From: Squalus acanthias
Taxonomy: Eukaryota
Assembly (NCBI GenBank): GCA_030390025.1
Contig: CM059431.1
Span: forward strand, 156,304,001 to 156,368,000
Reading direction: 5' to 3'
Length of the DNA: 64,000 bases
In this document: piece after piece, positions 12,880 through 25,766 of the stretch
Position numbering within the stretch: the first letter of the stretch is position 1
Layout of the letters: every line of letters starts with the position of its first letter
Program-made: the position numbers and the translations under genes
Notes under the pieces: model-generated
Told to the model about the DNA's origin: nothing
The model's input: the letters and a program-made list of their open reading frames with translations, nothing else
Database searches by the model: none

Positions 12880-15800
12880 GAAGGGACTCATTTTACAGCA
12901 TGGATTTGTGAAAGTTATATCATGCCTGACAAATCCGATTTTTTTTTTTGAGGAGGTGACTAAATTAGTGTACAGGGGTACGTGAATGGATGTTATTTAT
13001 ATGGACATAAGAACATAAGAGCATAAGAAATAGGAGCAGGAGCCGGCTATTCTGCCCTTCGAGCCTGCTCCGCCATTCAAAGAGATCATTTCTGATCTTC
13101 TGCCTCAACTCCATTCACCGGCCCTATCGCCATATCCCTTGATGCCCTTACTTGTCAGAAACTATCGACATCTGTTTTGAATATACCCAATGACTGAGCC
13201 TCCACAGCCCTCTGGGGTAGTGAATTCCAAGGATTCACCACCCTCTGTGTGAAGATATTTCTTCTCATCTCAGTCCTGAATGGCCTACCCTTTATCCTGA
13301 GGCTGTGGCCCCTGGTTCTAAACTCCCCAGCTGATGGAAACATTCTCCCAAAATCCATCCTATCAAGCCCTGTAATGATTTTGTATGTTTCAATGAGATC
13401 CCCTCTCATTCTTCTGAATTCAAAAGAATTCAGGCATAGTTTACCCAATCTCTTCTGATAAGACTGTCCCGCCATCCCAGGAATCAATCTCGTGAACCTT
13501 CGTTGCACTCCCTCTGTGGCAAGTATCTCCTTCCTTAGGTAAGGAGACCTAAAGTGTACACAGAACTCCAGGAGTGGTCTCACAAAGGCCCTATATAATT
13601 GGAGTAAGACTTATTTACTCCTGTACTCAAATCCTCTAGTAATGATGGCCAGCATACCATTTGCCTTCCTAATGGCTTGCTGCACATGCACATTCACTTT
13701 CAGTGACTCATGCACAAGGACACCCAGGTCCCTTTGAGCATCTGCGTTCCCCAATCTTTCACCTTTTAGGAAATACGCTTCCTTTCTGTTTTTTCTACCA
13801 AAGTCGATAAGTTCACATTTATCCACATTATATTCCGTCTGCCATGTTCTCGCCCGCTCTTTGAGCCTGTCGCAATGCCCTTGAAGCATCTTCACACACT
13901 CTTCGCAACTGACACTGCCACCTAGCTTTGTATCGTCAGCAAATTTGGAAATATTACATTTAGTCCCCTCATCCAAATCATTGATATAGATTGTGAATAG
14001 CTATGGCCCAAGCACCGATCGTTGCGGTACCCCAATAGTCACAGCCTGCCATTCTGAAAAAGACCCGTTTATCCCTACTCTGTGTTTTCTGTCTGTTAAC
14101 CAATTCTCAATCTATGCTAGTGTATTACCCACAATTCCATGTGCCCTAATTTTGTTCACCAACCTCTTGTGTTGGACCTTATCGAAGAACTTCTGAAAAT
14201 CCAGATACACCACATCTACTGTTTCCCCTAAGTCTACTCCAGTAATTTCATCCTCAAAGAACTCCAATATGTATGTCAAACAGGATTTCCCTTACATAAA
14301 TCCATGTTGACTCTGCCCAATCTTACTATTAGTTTCTAAGTGCCCAGTTATTGCATCCTTTATAATTGATTCCAGCATTTTACCATGGCCAACTTGTCGC
14401 TTATACCCTTGTAGTTTCCTCTGTTTAGATTGAAGACCTTAGTTTCAGATTGGACTTCATCACTCTCAAGTTTAAAGTAAAATTCAATCATGTTATGTTC
14501 ACTTCTCCCTAAAGGCCCCTTTACCACAAGATTATTGATTAGCCCTTTCTCACTACACAGTACCAGATGCAGAATAGCCTGTTCCCTGGTTAGTTCCTCC
14601 ACATACAGATCGAGGAAAACACCTCGCATGCATTGCAAGAAATCGTCCTCCACACCATTAGTGGTAATTTGATTTGCCCACTCAATATGTAGATTAAAGT
14701 CTCCCATGTTTAGCGTATTGCCCATGTTGCATGCACTTCTAATATCTTGATTGATACTGTGCCCTACATTACCATTACTATTTGGTCGCCTATACACAAC
14801 TCCCACCAATTGTTACCGCCCTTTGCTGTTTCTTAGCTCCACCAAAATTGATTCCAGTTCGACATCACGATCTGCCAAGCCAAGATCTATTATCTGTACC
14901 GTACCAATCTCGTCCATTATTCACAGCGCAACGCCACCTCCTTTTCCTTTTTGTCTGTCCTTCCTAAATGTTGAGTACCCTGGAACATTCAGTTCCCAGC
15001 TTTGGTTACCCTGCAAGCCTGTCTCTGTAATGGTAATTACATCATACCCATTTACTTCTATTAGTGCCATTAATTCATCCACCTTTTTGTGAATGCTACG
15101 AGCATTTAGATACAGTGCCTTCAACTTTGCCTGTTTAATATTTTTCTGCACTTTGAACCTCTTTACTGTTGGCCTTTATTTCTGCTTCCTATTGTTTTGC
15201 TGACTACTTTTCTAACTTGCACTTCCAGCTTTGTTTCTCTCCGTTCTGGGCCCACACTTAGGTTCCCAGCACAATGAAAAATTAGCTTAAATCCTTCCCA
15301 ACAGCACTAGCAAACCCCCCTGAGTGGATGTTGGTCACGCTTCTGCCGAGGTTTAACCCGTCCAGCTTGTACACGTCCCACCTTCCCCAGAATCAGTCCC
15401 AAAGCCTCAGGAATTTAAATCCATCCCTCCTACACCATCTCTCCAGCCACGCATTCATCTGGTCTATTCTCCTATTTATTCTCTCGCAAGCACGTGTCAC
15501 TGGGAGTAATCCTGAGATTACTACCTTTGAGGTCCTGCTTTTTAAAATATTTTCTAGCTCCCTATAATCTGCTTGCAGGATATCGTCCCTCTTTCTACCT
15601 ATGTCGTTATTACCGATATGGACCACGACCTCTGGCTGTTCATCCTCCCCCTTCAGAATGTCCGGCAGTGACATCCTTGACCTGTCACCGGGGAGGCAAC
15701 ACACCATCCTGGAGTCACTTCTGTGGCCACAGAAACGTCTATCTGTTCCCCTTACGAGAGTATCCCCTATCACTATTGCTCTTCCACTCTTTTTCCTCCC

Positions 15801-17172
15801 CTCCTGTGCAGCTCAGCCAGTCGTTGTGCATGGACTTGGCTCTTGCTGCATTCCCCTGAGAAACCATCTCCCCCAGCAATATCCAAAACGGAAAATCTGT
15901 TGGAGAGGGTGATGGACCCAGGTGACTCTTGCACTACCTTCCTCGTTTTCTACTCTGTCTGGCGGTCACCTATTCTCTGTCTCCCTATGCCCTCTTTACC
16001 TGTGGTGTGACCACCTCGTTATACTTCCAGAAGGCATTTGATAAATTCCCACATAAGAGACTGTTAACCAAAATAGAAGCCCACAGAATTGAGGACAAAT
16101 TATTGACCTGATCAGGAAATTAGCTGACCGGCAGGAGACACGCAGTAGGAATAATAGGTAGGTACACATATTGGCAGGAGGTGACTAGTGGTACCGCGCA
16201 GCCTGAAATATTCACAGTATTTTTTAACAGTTAGATGATTGCATAGAATGTCGTTTATCCAAATTTGCCGATGACTCTTCGTAGGCAGTGCAGATGAAAG
16301 CATAAAATTGCAAAGGGATATCGACAGATTAAATGTCTGGGTAAAGCTGTGGTAAATCGATTTCAATGCTCGCAAATATGAGCTCATCCACTTTGGACCT
16401 AAACTGGACAGAACAGGGCACTTTCTAAATGGAGAAAATCTAAAAATAGTGGATGTCCACAGAGACTTAGCGGTCTAGGTACATAGATTATTAAAATGTC
16501 ATGAAAAGGTAAAGAAAATAATCAAAAAGACGAATGGAATGCTGACCTTTACATGTAGAGGACTATAATACAAGGGGGTTAGAAGTTATGCTGCAGCTGT
16601 ACAAAACGATGGTTAGACCACACCTGGAGTACTGTGAGAAGTTCTGGGCACCACATATCAGGAAGGACATATTGGCCTTGGAGGGAGTGCAGCGTAGGTT
16701 TCCCAGAATGATACCCGGTCTCCAAGGGTTAAGTTGCGAGGAGAGAATACACAAATTAAGGTGGTATTCCCTAGAATTTAGAAGGTTAAGGGGTGTACTG
16801 ATCGAAGTTTTCAAGGTATTAAGGGGAACAAACACGGTAGATAGAGAGAAACTGTTTCCGCTGGTTAGGGATTCTTGGACTAGCGGGGCATAGTGTAAAA
16901 ATAGAGCTAGATGTATCTGGAGTGAATTTAGGAAACACTTCTACACACAAGGGCTGGTAAAAGTTTGGAACTCTCTTCCGCAAACGGCAAGTGATGCTAC
17001 GTCAATTGTTAATTTAAAGTTTGAGATTGATAGCGTTTAATTATGCAAATATATTAAGTGATATGGGCAGAAGGTGAGTAAATGAATTAGGTTGCAGGTC
17101 AGCCATGATCTCATTGAATTTCGGAACAGGCTCGAGGTGTTCAATGGCCTAGTCCTGATCCAATGTTTCTAA
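12880..17172 (+). mobile_element. CR1 LINE RT/3' part split by a younger antisense CR1 (host pieces 12880-13006 and 16023-17172)
   Basis: YMD at ~12998-13006 continues as FQKAFDKFPHKRLL at 16025; later LQLYKTMVRPHLEYC and 3' tail. Confidence 0.85.
13007..16022 (-). mobile_element. CR1 LINE (partial ORF1, EN, internally deleted RT, (ATAAGAAC)n-type tail)
   Basis: ORF1 IGDTLVRG/VHIGNND; EN YLNARSI..ITETGL, GDFN, SEHN; RT FADD, RPLLEFCV; deletion junction ~14378. Confidence 0.9.
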
Positions 17173-17174
17173 GA

Positions 17175-17880
17175 GGTTTGTCTCTGTGCCAATTCGCGCG
17201 TGGCTGAGGTAAAAATTTCCTTTTTAATTTGTACCCTAGCTCCTCCAACCTTCTCAGCAGAACTTCATCCCTAATTCTGCCTGTTTCGTTGATTCCGATT
17301 CAAAACATTACTATTGGAACCTCCCCGTCCTGCTCCAAATTCTTCTCCAGTCACGAGGAGATGTCCTTAATTCTGGCACCGGGCAAAACACAGAGCCTTC
17401 TGGACTGCTGGGCATGGCTGAAGAGAGCAGGATCTATCCAGTGAATTCTACTAGCCCCTACAACTACCACATTGATTTTCGCTCCCTCCCCCTGCACTGT
17501 AATGCCACTTGTACCACGGTACCGTGGTCAATTTGCCCATCCACCGTGCAGTATTTAATCTCCTCCACACCGGTACCTGTTGGACCAGGACAAAAGCTAA
17601 GGCTCCTTCACCACTGCCTCTAAAGACCCCTTACCTGCCTGAATCGAAAGCACATCCTCATTTTCTGTCTACTAACCAAATGTGAACCACTACCTAACCT
17701 AAGGCTGTGGCTTTCTCTTGGGTCTAATTGCCATCTCCCCCTGCCTGGCACATCACAATGTCTGCACTTTAGACTCCAGCTCAACAACTCTAATCCGACA
17801 TTTCTCGAGTGAGAGAATCTTACTGCAGATGTGGTTGTCCAGGTTCACGCTGCCCTCCACAATATCCCACATGCTGCAGA
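17175..17880 (-). mobile_element. CR1 ORF1 remnant
   Basis: gagatgtccttaattctggcaccgggc and cccacatgctgca match ORF1 segments of the CR1 copies at ~29150 and ~37360. Confidence 0.65.
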
Positions 17881-18043
17881 TAAACAGGGCAAGCAGCATA
17901 CTATAGACAGAGCTAAGCGATGCTAAACAAATGGATCAGATCAAAGCTCTGCAGTCCTGCAACATCCAATTGTGAATGGTGGTGTATATGTAAACAAGTA
18001 GCGGGAGATGGAGGCTTCGTCAACTTCCCCATCCTAAATGATG
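17880..18043 (+). mobile_element. Short fragment of the L2/CR1-group LINE
   Basis: ggatcagatcaaagctctgcagtcctgcaacatcca matches 1058-1093. Confidence 0.75.
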
Positions 18044-18285
18044 GCGGACGGTAGCATGATGGTTATTTACTGGACTAGCAATTCAGAGGCCTGGGCTAAT
18101 GATCCAGAGTATAGGTAGTTCATATCCCAACAGGGGAGCTGTGGAATTTAAATTCAGTTAATTAAACAAATATGGAATTAAAAAGCTAGTATCAGTAATG
18201 GTGACCAAGAAACTACCGGATTGTCGTAACAACCCACCTGGTTCAATAATGTCCTTCATGGAAGGTAATCTGCCGTCTGCCCAAT
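18044..18285 (+). mobile_element. tRNA-derived SINE with MetaSINE-like core, 3'-truncated
   Basis: tRNA-like head (ggtagcatgatggtt...ggactagcaattcagagg...agttcatatccca) then aacccacctggttcaataatgtccttcatggaaggtaatctgccgtc, recalled as the Meta-domain. Confidence 0.65.
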
Positions 18286-18294
18286 ATGTGATTC

Positions 18295-18380
18295 GAGAGA
18301 GAGAGCAAGAGTTAACGTTTCGTCCGAGCTGGAAAACGTTAGAGATATAATAGGTTTTAAGCAAGTACAGAGGCAGGGAA
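18295..18380 (-). mobile_element. Penelope-like terminal-repeat fragment
   Basis: gagagagcaagagttaacgttt...ctggaaaa..gttagaga..gcaagtacagaggcaggga resembles 46724-46822. Confidence 0.55.
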
Positions 18381-18399
18381 AGGTTTATCCTAAAAAGCG

Positions 18400-21160
18400 C
18401 CCCTCACTGATATTTGGAGACGTGTGCCAAAATTGGGAGAGCTGTCCCACAGACTAGTCAAGCAAGAACCCTGTCATAATCATAATCACAGAATCATACC
18501 TTTCAGGCAACGCCCCGGATTACTCCAGCACGAACCCTGGGTATGTCCTGTCCCACCGCAGGACACACCCAACAGCGTTGGCGGCACAGTGGTACATAGT
18601 CAGGAGACTGTTGACCTGGGAGTACTCAACATTGACTCTGGACCCCATGGAGTATCATGTCATCAGGTCACGCACGTGCAACGAAACCTCCTGCTGATTA
18701 TCACCTACCGCCTTCCCTTATCTGATGAATTCTCCATGTTGAACACCACTTGGAGGAAGCACTGAGGATAGGAATAGTACAGAACCTACTCTGGGTATAA
18801 GATTTCAATGTCGACCACGAAGAATGGCTCGGACGCGCCACTACTGAACGAGCTGGCCGAGTCCTGAAGGATGTAGCTGCAGTCTGCGGCAGGTGGTGAC
18901 AGAATCAACACGAGGGGCAAAGAAGGACTTGACCTCGTCCTCGCCAACCTACCTGTCGTAAATGCATCTGGCTAGGACAGTATTGGTAAGAATGACCACC
19001 GCACAGTCATTGTGGTGACGAAGTCCCATCATGATACTGAGGAAACCTCCATCATGTTGTGTGGTAGTACCGCAGTGCTAAATGGGATAGGTTCAGAACA
19101 GATCTAGCAGCTCAAATCTTGGCATCTATGAGGCGCTGTGGTCCATCAGCAGCAGCGGAATTGTATTCCACCACAATCTGTAAAGTCACGGCCCAGCATA
19201 TCCCTAACTCTGCGATTACTATCAAGCCAGGGGACCAACTTTGGTTCAATGGGGAGTGTAGAAGAGCATGCCAGGAGCAGCACCAGGCGCGCCTTAAAAT
19301 CGGTTACAATCTGGTGCAAATTTAACACCGGGCAGAATAAGTTATAAACAGCTCAAGCACTCGGCTATAGACAGAACTAAGCGATACCACAACGAACGGA
19401 TGAGATCAATGCTCTGAAGTCCCATTATATCCAGCAGTGAATAACGATGGAAAATTAAACAACTAGGAGCAGACGCCAAGAACATCCCCACTCAATCATG
19501 GTGGGGCTCAGCAGATGAGTGCAAAATGCAAGGCTGAATCGTTCGCAACCATCTCCAGCCATAGGTGCCGAGGCGATGATCCATATTGATCTCCTCCTGA
19601 GGTCACCGACATCAGAGAAACCAGTCCTCAGTCGCCAGTCCACAGCCAATTCCATTCACTCCACGTGATATTAAAGAACGGCTGAGCGCACTGAATACAG
19701 CAATGGCGAGAGGCAGCGACAACATCCCGGCTGTGATGCTGAATACTTGTGCTCCAAAATTGGACGTGCCTATAGCCAAGTTGTACAGTTCAGTACAGCT
19801 ACAATAATGGCATTTACCCGACAATGTGGAAAACTGCACATGTATGTCCTGTCTCAAAAAAAAGGACAAATCCAATCCGGCCAATTACCGCCCCATCACA
19901 CTACTCTTAATCATCAGCAAAGTGATGGAATATTTCGTCGACAGTGCTATCAAGCGGTAATTACTCACCAATAACCTGCTCAGGACAGCTCGGCTGCAGA
20001 CATCATTACAGCCTTGGTCCAAACAAGGACAAAAGCGCTGAATTCCGGAAGTGAGATGAGAGTGATTAACCTTGACAAAAAGACAGCATTTGACCGAGTA
20101 TGGTAAAAGAGCCCGAGTAAAATTGAAGTCAAGGGGAATCAAGGGAAATCTCTCCTCCGGCAGGACTCATACGTAGCACGAAGGAAGATGTTTGTGGTTT
20201 TTGGAGGCCAATCATCTCAGCCCCAGGAGATCACTGCAAGAGTTCCTCAGGGCAGTGATCTGTACCCAAACATCTTCAGCTGCTTCATCAATTAAATTCG
20301 CTCCATCATATGCTCAGAAGTGGGGATTTTCGCTGATGATTGCACAGTGTTCAGTTACATTCGCTATTCCTCAGATAGTGAGGCTGTCTACGCGTTCATG
20401 CAGTAAAACCTGGAGGACATTCAGGCTTGGGCTAAGTGGCAAGTAATATTCGCGCCACACAAGTTCCAGGCAATGAATACCTCCAACAAGAGACGTCTAA
20501 CCGCCACCTCTTGAAAATCAATGGCATTACCATCTTGGGGGTGACCATTGACGAGAAAATTAACTGGACCAGCCACGTTAATATGTGGGTAAAAGGGCAG
20601 GTCAGAGCTTGGCTATTCTGTGGCGAGGGTCCCACCTCAAGGCACAATTCAGGAGTGTGATGGAATATCCTTCAATTGCCTGAATGACTGCAATTCTAAC
20701 AACACTCAAGAAACTCGTCATAACAAGTACAAAGCAGACCGCTTGATTGGCCCCCAGTCCAGCAACATAAACTGCACTCCGTCCCCCATCGGCGTACCAT
20801 GGCTGCAGTGCATACCATCTAAAAGATGCACTGCAGCTCGCCAGCGCTTCTTCGACAGCACCGTCCAAACCGGCGAGCTCCACTACCGAGAAGGGCAATG
20901 GCAGCAGGCAATGGGAAAAACATCACCTCCAAGTTCCCCTCCAAGTCACACAACATCCTGACTTTGAAATATGCCATCGTTTCTCGGCGTCGCTGGATCA
21001 AAATCCTGGAACTCTCTCCATAACACTCTGTGGGAGTACCTCCACCACACGGACTGCAGCAGTTCAAGAAGGCAGCTCAGCACCACCTACTCAAGGGCAA
21101 TTAGAGTCTTACAATAAATGCTGGTCTTACCAGTGCCGCCCAGATCACAGTAGCGAATGG
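18400..21160 (+). mobile_element. Decayed L2/CR1-group APE-RT LINE, copy 2
   Basis: Collinear with 70-2870 (PKLGELSHRLVKQ...LNTTWRKH, VPQGS, FADD; tail cagcaccacctactcaagggcaattag..aataaatgctgg). Confidence 0.88.
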
Positions 21161-21169
21161 AAATATGTA

Positions 21170-21885
21170 ATTGGGCCTGTAGAAGTGTTATGCATAGCGT
21201 CATAGTAATCTGGGCTATTGAGCCCGCAGCAGGACAGAATACCCTGAGGAAATTGGGTCTGTAGAAGCTGAGCATACCTTGGGCTATGCAGAGGTTCAGA
21301 GCACCTGGACTATTGCATCTGTAGATGGTTTGAATGCCGTGGGTTATGTAGAGGATCAGAGTAACTTGCTATATTGTTCCTGCAGAGGTTCAGAGTACCC
21401 AGCAATTACGAACCTGCAGAGCCGCAGACACCCGTCATCTACAGAGAATCAGTGTGGCCTAGGCTACGGAAATGTAGAGGGACAGAATACCCTGGACTAT
21501 TGAACCTGTTGAGGGTCAGAATAACTGCGGCTATTGGGACTGCAGAAGCTCAGAGCAGCTTGGGCCATAGGGCTGCTCGGGTATAAGTGTAACCTGGGCC
21601 ATCGAGCCTGCAGGGGCGCTAATTATCATGGGCTATTGTGTGTATGGAATTTGTGAGGACCCTGGTCTATGCAAAGGGTCAGAGTGCCCTTGGCCATGCA
21701 GATGATCAGAGTTTCCTCGGCTATTGGGTTGTAGAGGGCCAGAGTACCATGGGCAATATAGAGGGTCAGATGCCATGGAATCATCGGTCTGTAGATGTTT
21801 AGAGTACCCTGTGATATAGGGCCACATAATAGCAGAGCACCCTGGGCTATGGAGCCTACAGAGGATACGAGTACCCTGGACTAAG
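21170..21885 (+). repeat. Degenerate ~34-36 bp minisatellite
   Basis: Recurrent unit ~agagggtcagagtaccctgggctattgggcctgt, roughly 20 diverged copies. Confidence 0.8.
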
Positions 21886-22329
21886 CAATGTTAGTTGGCA
21901 ACCAGTTGGGAGAGGCACCAGATGTTTCCAGATGCACCCATTTTGTAGAGGGGCTTTAAATCAGCCATGCCTCCTTCTCCTGATCACTATCTCGTGGCCA
22001 CTGCTTAAAAGAGCAATTGAGTTGCTGTCAATCCGGAATTCATCGTCGGGAATTCACCCTCCCTCACAGAACATGCGGTGTTGTCTAACACTAAAGAACA
22101 CTCGGAAGAGGGACTGCACGTGAATCTGCTTCAGTTGGATCCAGGCCTTTTGGTGATAAACTGAACTTTTGATTGGAGGGATGGAAACTACATAAAACTG
22201 TATATGTGTACATTTTGGGCCGCTGTTGGTGAGGGTCCATCTTTCCAGAGACTTCAGGACATTGTCGACGCCGGCACTTCAGCGTACTGTCCAGTACATC
22301 AGACAGAACTCCCCAGCTCTTATTTCAAA

Positions 22330-22455
22330 TTGTGCCATTGTTTCATTTAATTCCAGCTGAGAAGGGAGACCTGGCCTCGATTTAATAGCTACTCCAAGAG
22401 ATGGCACCTCAGATAGTGCAGCGCTCCCTCAGTACTTTGCTGAGTTGTCAGCAAA
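22330..22455 (-). mobile_element. DeuSINE (AmnSINE1/SacSINE1-like) core remnant
   Basis: ggcctcgatttaa...atggcacctcagatagtgcagcgctccctcagtact matches the reverse complement of the Deu-domain as recalled. Confidence 0.7.
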
Positions 22456-23379
22456 TATACATCGCACCCCGTCGGTAGCCGTATCTCCAAATTGCCACAA
22501 TATTACCGCGAAGAACTCGCCTATGAGTCACTTCTACAATTGAACTCACAGACGTACAGGCTGTATCTACAAGACACTTCGTGTAACTTAGGAAGAAGCA
22601 CCACCTGTAACTGCTGTTTCTCTCTGTCAGACCTGCAGGATCAGTTTATTTACACTTAATTTGTGTCCTGAGCTGTCCAGCACTGGCTATTGAATTACCA
22701 CATTCTGCTAGTGCGATCCATATTCCCTATCGACCTTGCATTAATAAATCAGTGCACGCAAATGTAATTCAATCTCCATTGCAAATGGCGTTTATTTTAT
22801 TATTATTACAATAATTCTTGGATTAGATGTTTTTGTAATATATAAAACAATCTTATGTCTCTATGCAGGAACATTATACATTCTGATGTCCACATTTCTA
22901 ATTGACGCTTTGGATATCGTTCTTAAACTTAAATTACACCCTCTGCCCAGTGGCGGCGCGGCAGCGCCTTCCGATTATATTGTCCGACTCCTTGCAGAGA
23001 AATCCCATGGCATAAGTGAACTCTTTCTCTATGCAAGCTAAATTATCTTTAATTTTGTTATTATGTATCAAATGTAATGTGAAATAAAAATATTAGTATA
23101 AAAATAAGGACAGAATGCACGCTTTTAAAATTGGGACTGAATTAAATCTCTCCTCCCCCTGGTAATAACACCTGTTCACTTCAGGAATTCGACTTCTCAA
23201 CAACATTCTAGCCTCTGAGTAAGAAGGTGCAGAGTTCCATCACCAATCGCAACGAGCTGAGACCTGAGCTCCGGGTCTGAATTCTGTGACAACATCCAGC
23301 GGGATACTCCTCATTGAATAGCAGAACCATTACCGGTAGCTGCTGTGGTAAAAAAATTGGAGCAGTGGCTATGACCTAA

Positions 23380-23715
23380 AATTGTTGAACTCAGTGTTGA
23401 GTCCGGAAGGTGGCAAAGTGCATAATCAAAATATGATGTGCTATTCCTCCAGCTTCTGATGAGCTTCATTGCCCGAGTACAAAGAGGTCACAGTGGGCTG
23501 GAGAATTAAAATGGCAATCAACCGGATGCTCAGGGTCACACTTGCGGAGTGAGCAGGAGTGTTCACTAAAGCGATTACTGATTGTGCACTTGGTCTCTGC
23601 AATGTAGTGGAGATCACATTCTGAACAGGGAATTCAGTATAATGAATTGAAAGAAGTACTAGTGTATCTCTGTTTAGCCTGGAAGTCGTACTTGTGTCAC
23701 TGGAAATTGGTAAGG
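23380..23715 (-). mobile_element. Old Penelope-like GIY-YIG C-terminal fragment
   Basis: Minus ORF ends NEAHQKLEE; gttgaactcagtgttgagtccggaagg is antisense to the PSGLNxEFN end of the ORF at ~40470-40500. Confidence 0.7.
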
Positions 23716-23862
23716 GAGGAAATGGGTCCACTGAGAGCTCATTTATGTTGTTTGTTCTCTCTGCAGCACGTCCGGACAACCTGTTCAAAAACGTAACTGA
23801 TTCTATAGAGCATGACCTAATTAATATATTTGCAAAAGACAATCTTCATGATAAGCAATTCG

Positions 23863-23950
23863 TTATTGTGTAATTACAGTCAAATGATCCGATACATTGA
23901 CCGACTTCAACATTTCCAGTCCTTCTGCAGAGAATTGAAAATTTGTCAAA
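23863..23950 (-). CDS. NLR terminal coding exon
   Basis: tgtttttcag|T TTG ACA AAT TTT = (S)LTNFQFSAEGLEMLKSVNVSDHLTVITQ*; phase matches the preceding exon; LRR-cap-like pattern. Confidence 0.78.
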
Positions 23951-24192
23951 CTGAAAAACATTAAAATAACGGAAAAAAAATATTGATAATGAGTGGAATC
24001 TGCCGTTCACTGTCAGCACTGATATTACTAAATTCATTCAAAATAAATGTGTTTACTCATGTGAAGGAGATAAATTCGCCACAAAAATGATTTCATTTTT
24101 CCCATATCTAGTCCATTCACATTAAAAAACCGAAAATACATTTTACACGTGAAAGAAGATTTAATTAATCAATAGATAACCCGGAAACTCAC

Positions 24193-24384
24193 CTGATTTC
24201 CTTGAGATTAGCTCTAGTCTGGATGAGACGGCGCAATGCCGGAACAGAATTGTCAGTCAGTCTGTTGGCCTCTTCGTCATCCTGATCATCGTTACTCAGA
24301 TCCAGTTTCATCAGTGAACCATTTTCACGGAGTGCAGAGACCAGATTTTCCACACAATCATCTGTGAGATCGTTAGATTTTAAT
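24193..24384 (-). CDS. NLR LRR exon (192 nt, two repeats with an acidic insertion)
   Basis: ctgcag|A TTA AAA TCT AAC = LKSNDLTDDCVENLVSALRENGSLMKLDLSNDDQDDEEANRLTDNSVPALRRLIQTRANLKEI|gtgagt. Confidence 0.9.
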
Positions 24385-24651
24385 CTGCAGTGACAGAAAA
24401 ATAAACAGAAATTATATAAAACGCTCACACATTAAAATATACACCACTTGCTAATAATTACTGTGAAATTCCAGAATCGCTGGAAAAACCTTTTCATGAT
24501 ATGTGCATTTTCTTCCTGTTTCTAAATTATTTCCGTCTTAATATAAATTGAACAGTGAGTTCTCTGATCATCATTCACACACTAATTATAATTATTATAG
24601 AAAAATAACTTTCTAGTTGTGCTGTTCGATGTATTAAACATAATTACTCAC

Positions 24652-24738
24652 TCCAGTGTCTGTATTTTACAATCATTTTACTTCAGAAAGGCAGAGAGCC
24701 ATTTCACTCCCGAATCTCCCAGTTTATTCTCATTGAGT
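24652..24738 (-). CDS. NLR LRR exon (87 nt) with premature TAA
   Basis: tttgtgtttag|A CTC AAT GAG AAT AAA CTG GGA GAT TCG GGA GTG = LNENKLGDSGVKWLSAFLK*NDCKIQTLE|gtgagt. Confidence 0.88.
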
Positions 24739-25766
24739 CTAAACACAAATAATCAAAATCAATAATTAATAGGTAGCAATGCCACAGATATAAATATTCA
24801 TAATTAAATAGCACATTTAACGTGGGACAGTTTGGGCATTCAAGACGCGAATATAAGACCACTAATTCAAATTCAAATCTGTGATTTGCATTTAATTATT
24901 TAGATATAGCGCATGTGGTCAAATCAGTGACAATCATAAAGTGCAGTTGTTTTACCGGAAGTTACTCATTGCCCCTGATCATGATTTAACCATACATTAT
25001 AAAATTATAACATTTAATGTAGGCACTGAGTGGTTGGCAGTTTAAATGCTGTAAACTCGTGGCCTGTAACGAAGAGGATTCCACGACATATGTCTCTCAA
25101 AGAACGAATTTCTACATAATTGGCGAATTTAGGGTAAAATTAGAGACCGTCCCTTTGATCTTGTCTCTCCTTCAGGAACATTATCTATTTGATGCACTGG
25201 GGTTCACAAATGCCGTTAAATGCTGCCCAAGTCTATTGGAGAATCCACTGATGGGGATTGTAACAGATCGCTCGAATGTGCATCAGAGCTAGTGGACTGA
25301 CAATCCATCTCACTTTCCTTCCCTCCGGTCCTCTGATGATGCCCTGGCACAGCAGTGCGGCTGGAAAGTGCACTCAGAATTTGAAGAATCGCAGACGCGA
25401 ACCCACATTTAACTGATGACACGATTTAAGGTAATTGACTAAAAAGCCAGTGGTGACATGAGGAAAATCATGGAGCGAGTTGTTATGATCTGGAATGCGC
25501 TGCCTGAAAGGCTTGTGGAAGCAGATTCATAAGAACATAAGAACATAAGAAATAGGAGCAGGAGTAGGCCAATCGGCCCATCGAGCCTGCTCCGCCATTC
25601 AATAAGATCATGGCTGATCTGATCCTAACCGCCAATCTACTATCTATCACAGAAACATCTCCTGCATCTAACAGAATTGCACACACGAAATAGGAGCAGA
25701 ATCAGGCTACACAGTCCCTGGGCCCGCTCCACTACCCACAGGGCCATGACCGATCCGAACCTAGAC

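Noticed and set aside
23740..23800. Plus-strand acceptor-like ttgttctctctgcag with a possible 26-nt micro-exon, and a similar acceptor at ~22630
   Set aside because: Weak donor, no linked coding exons; such motifs are common by chance
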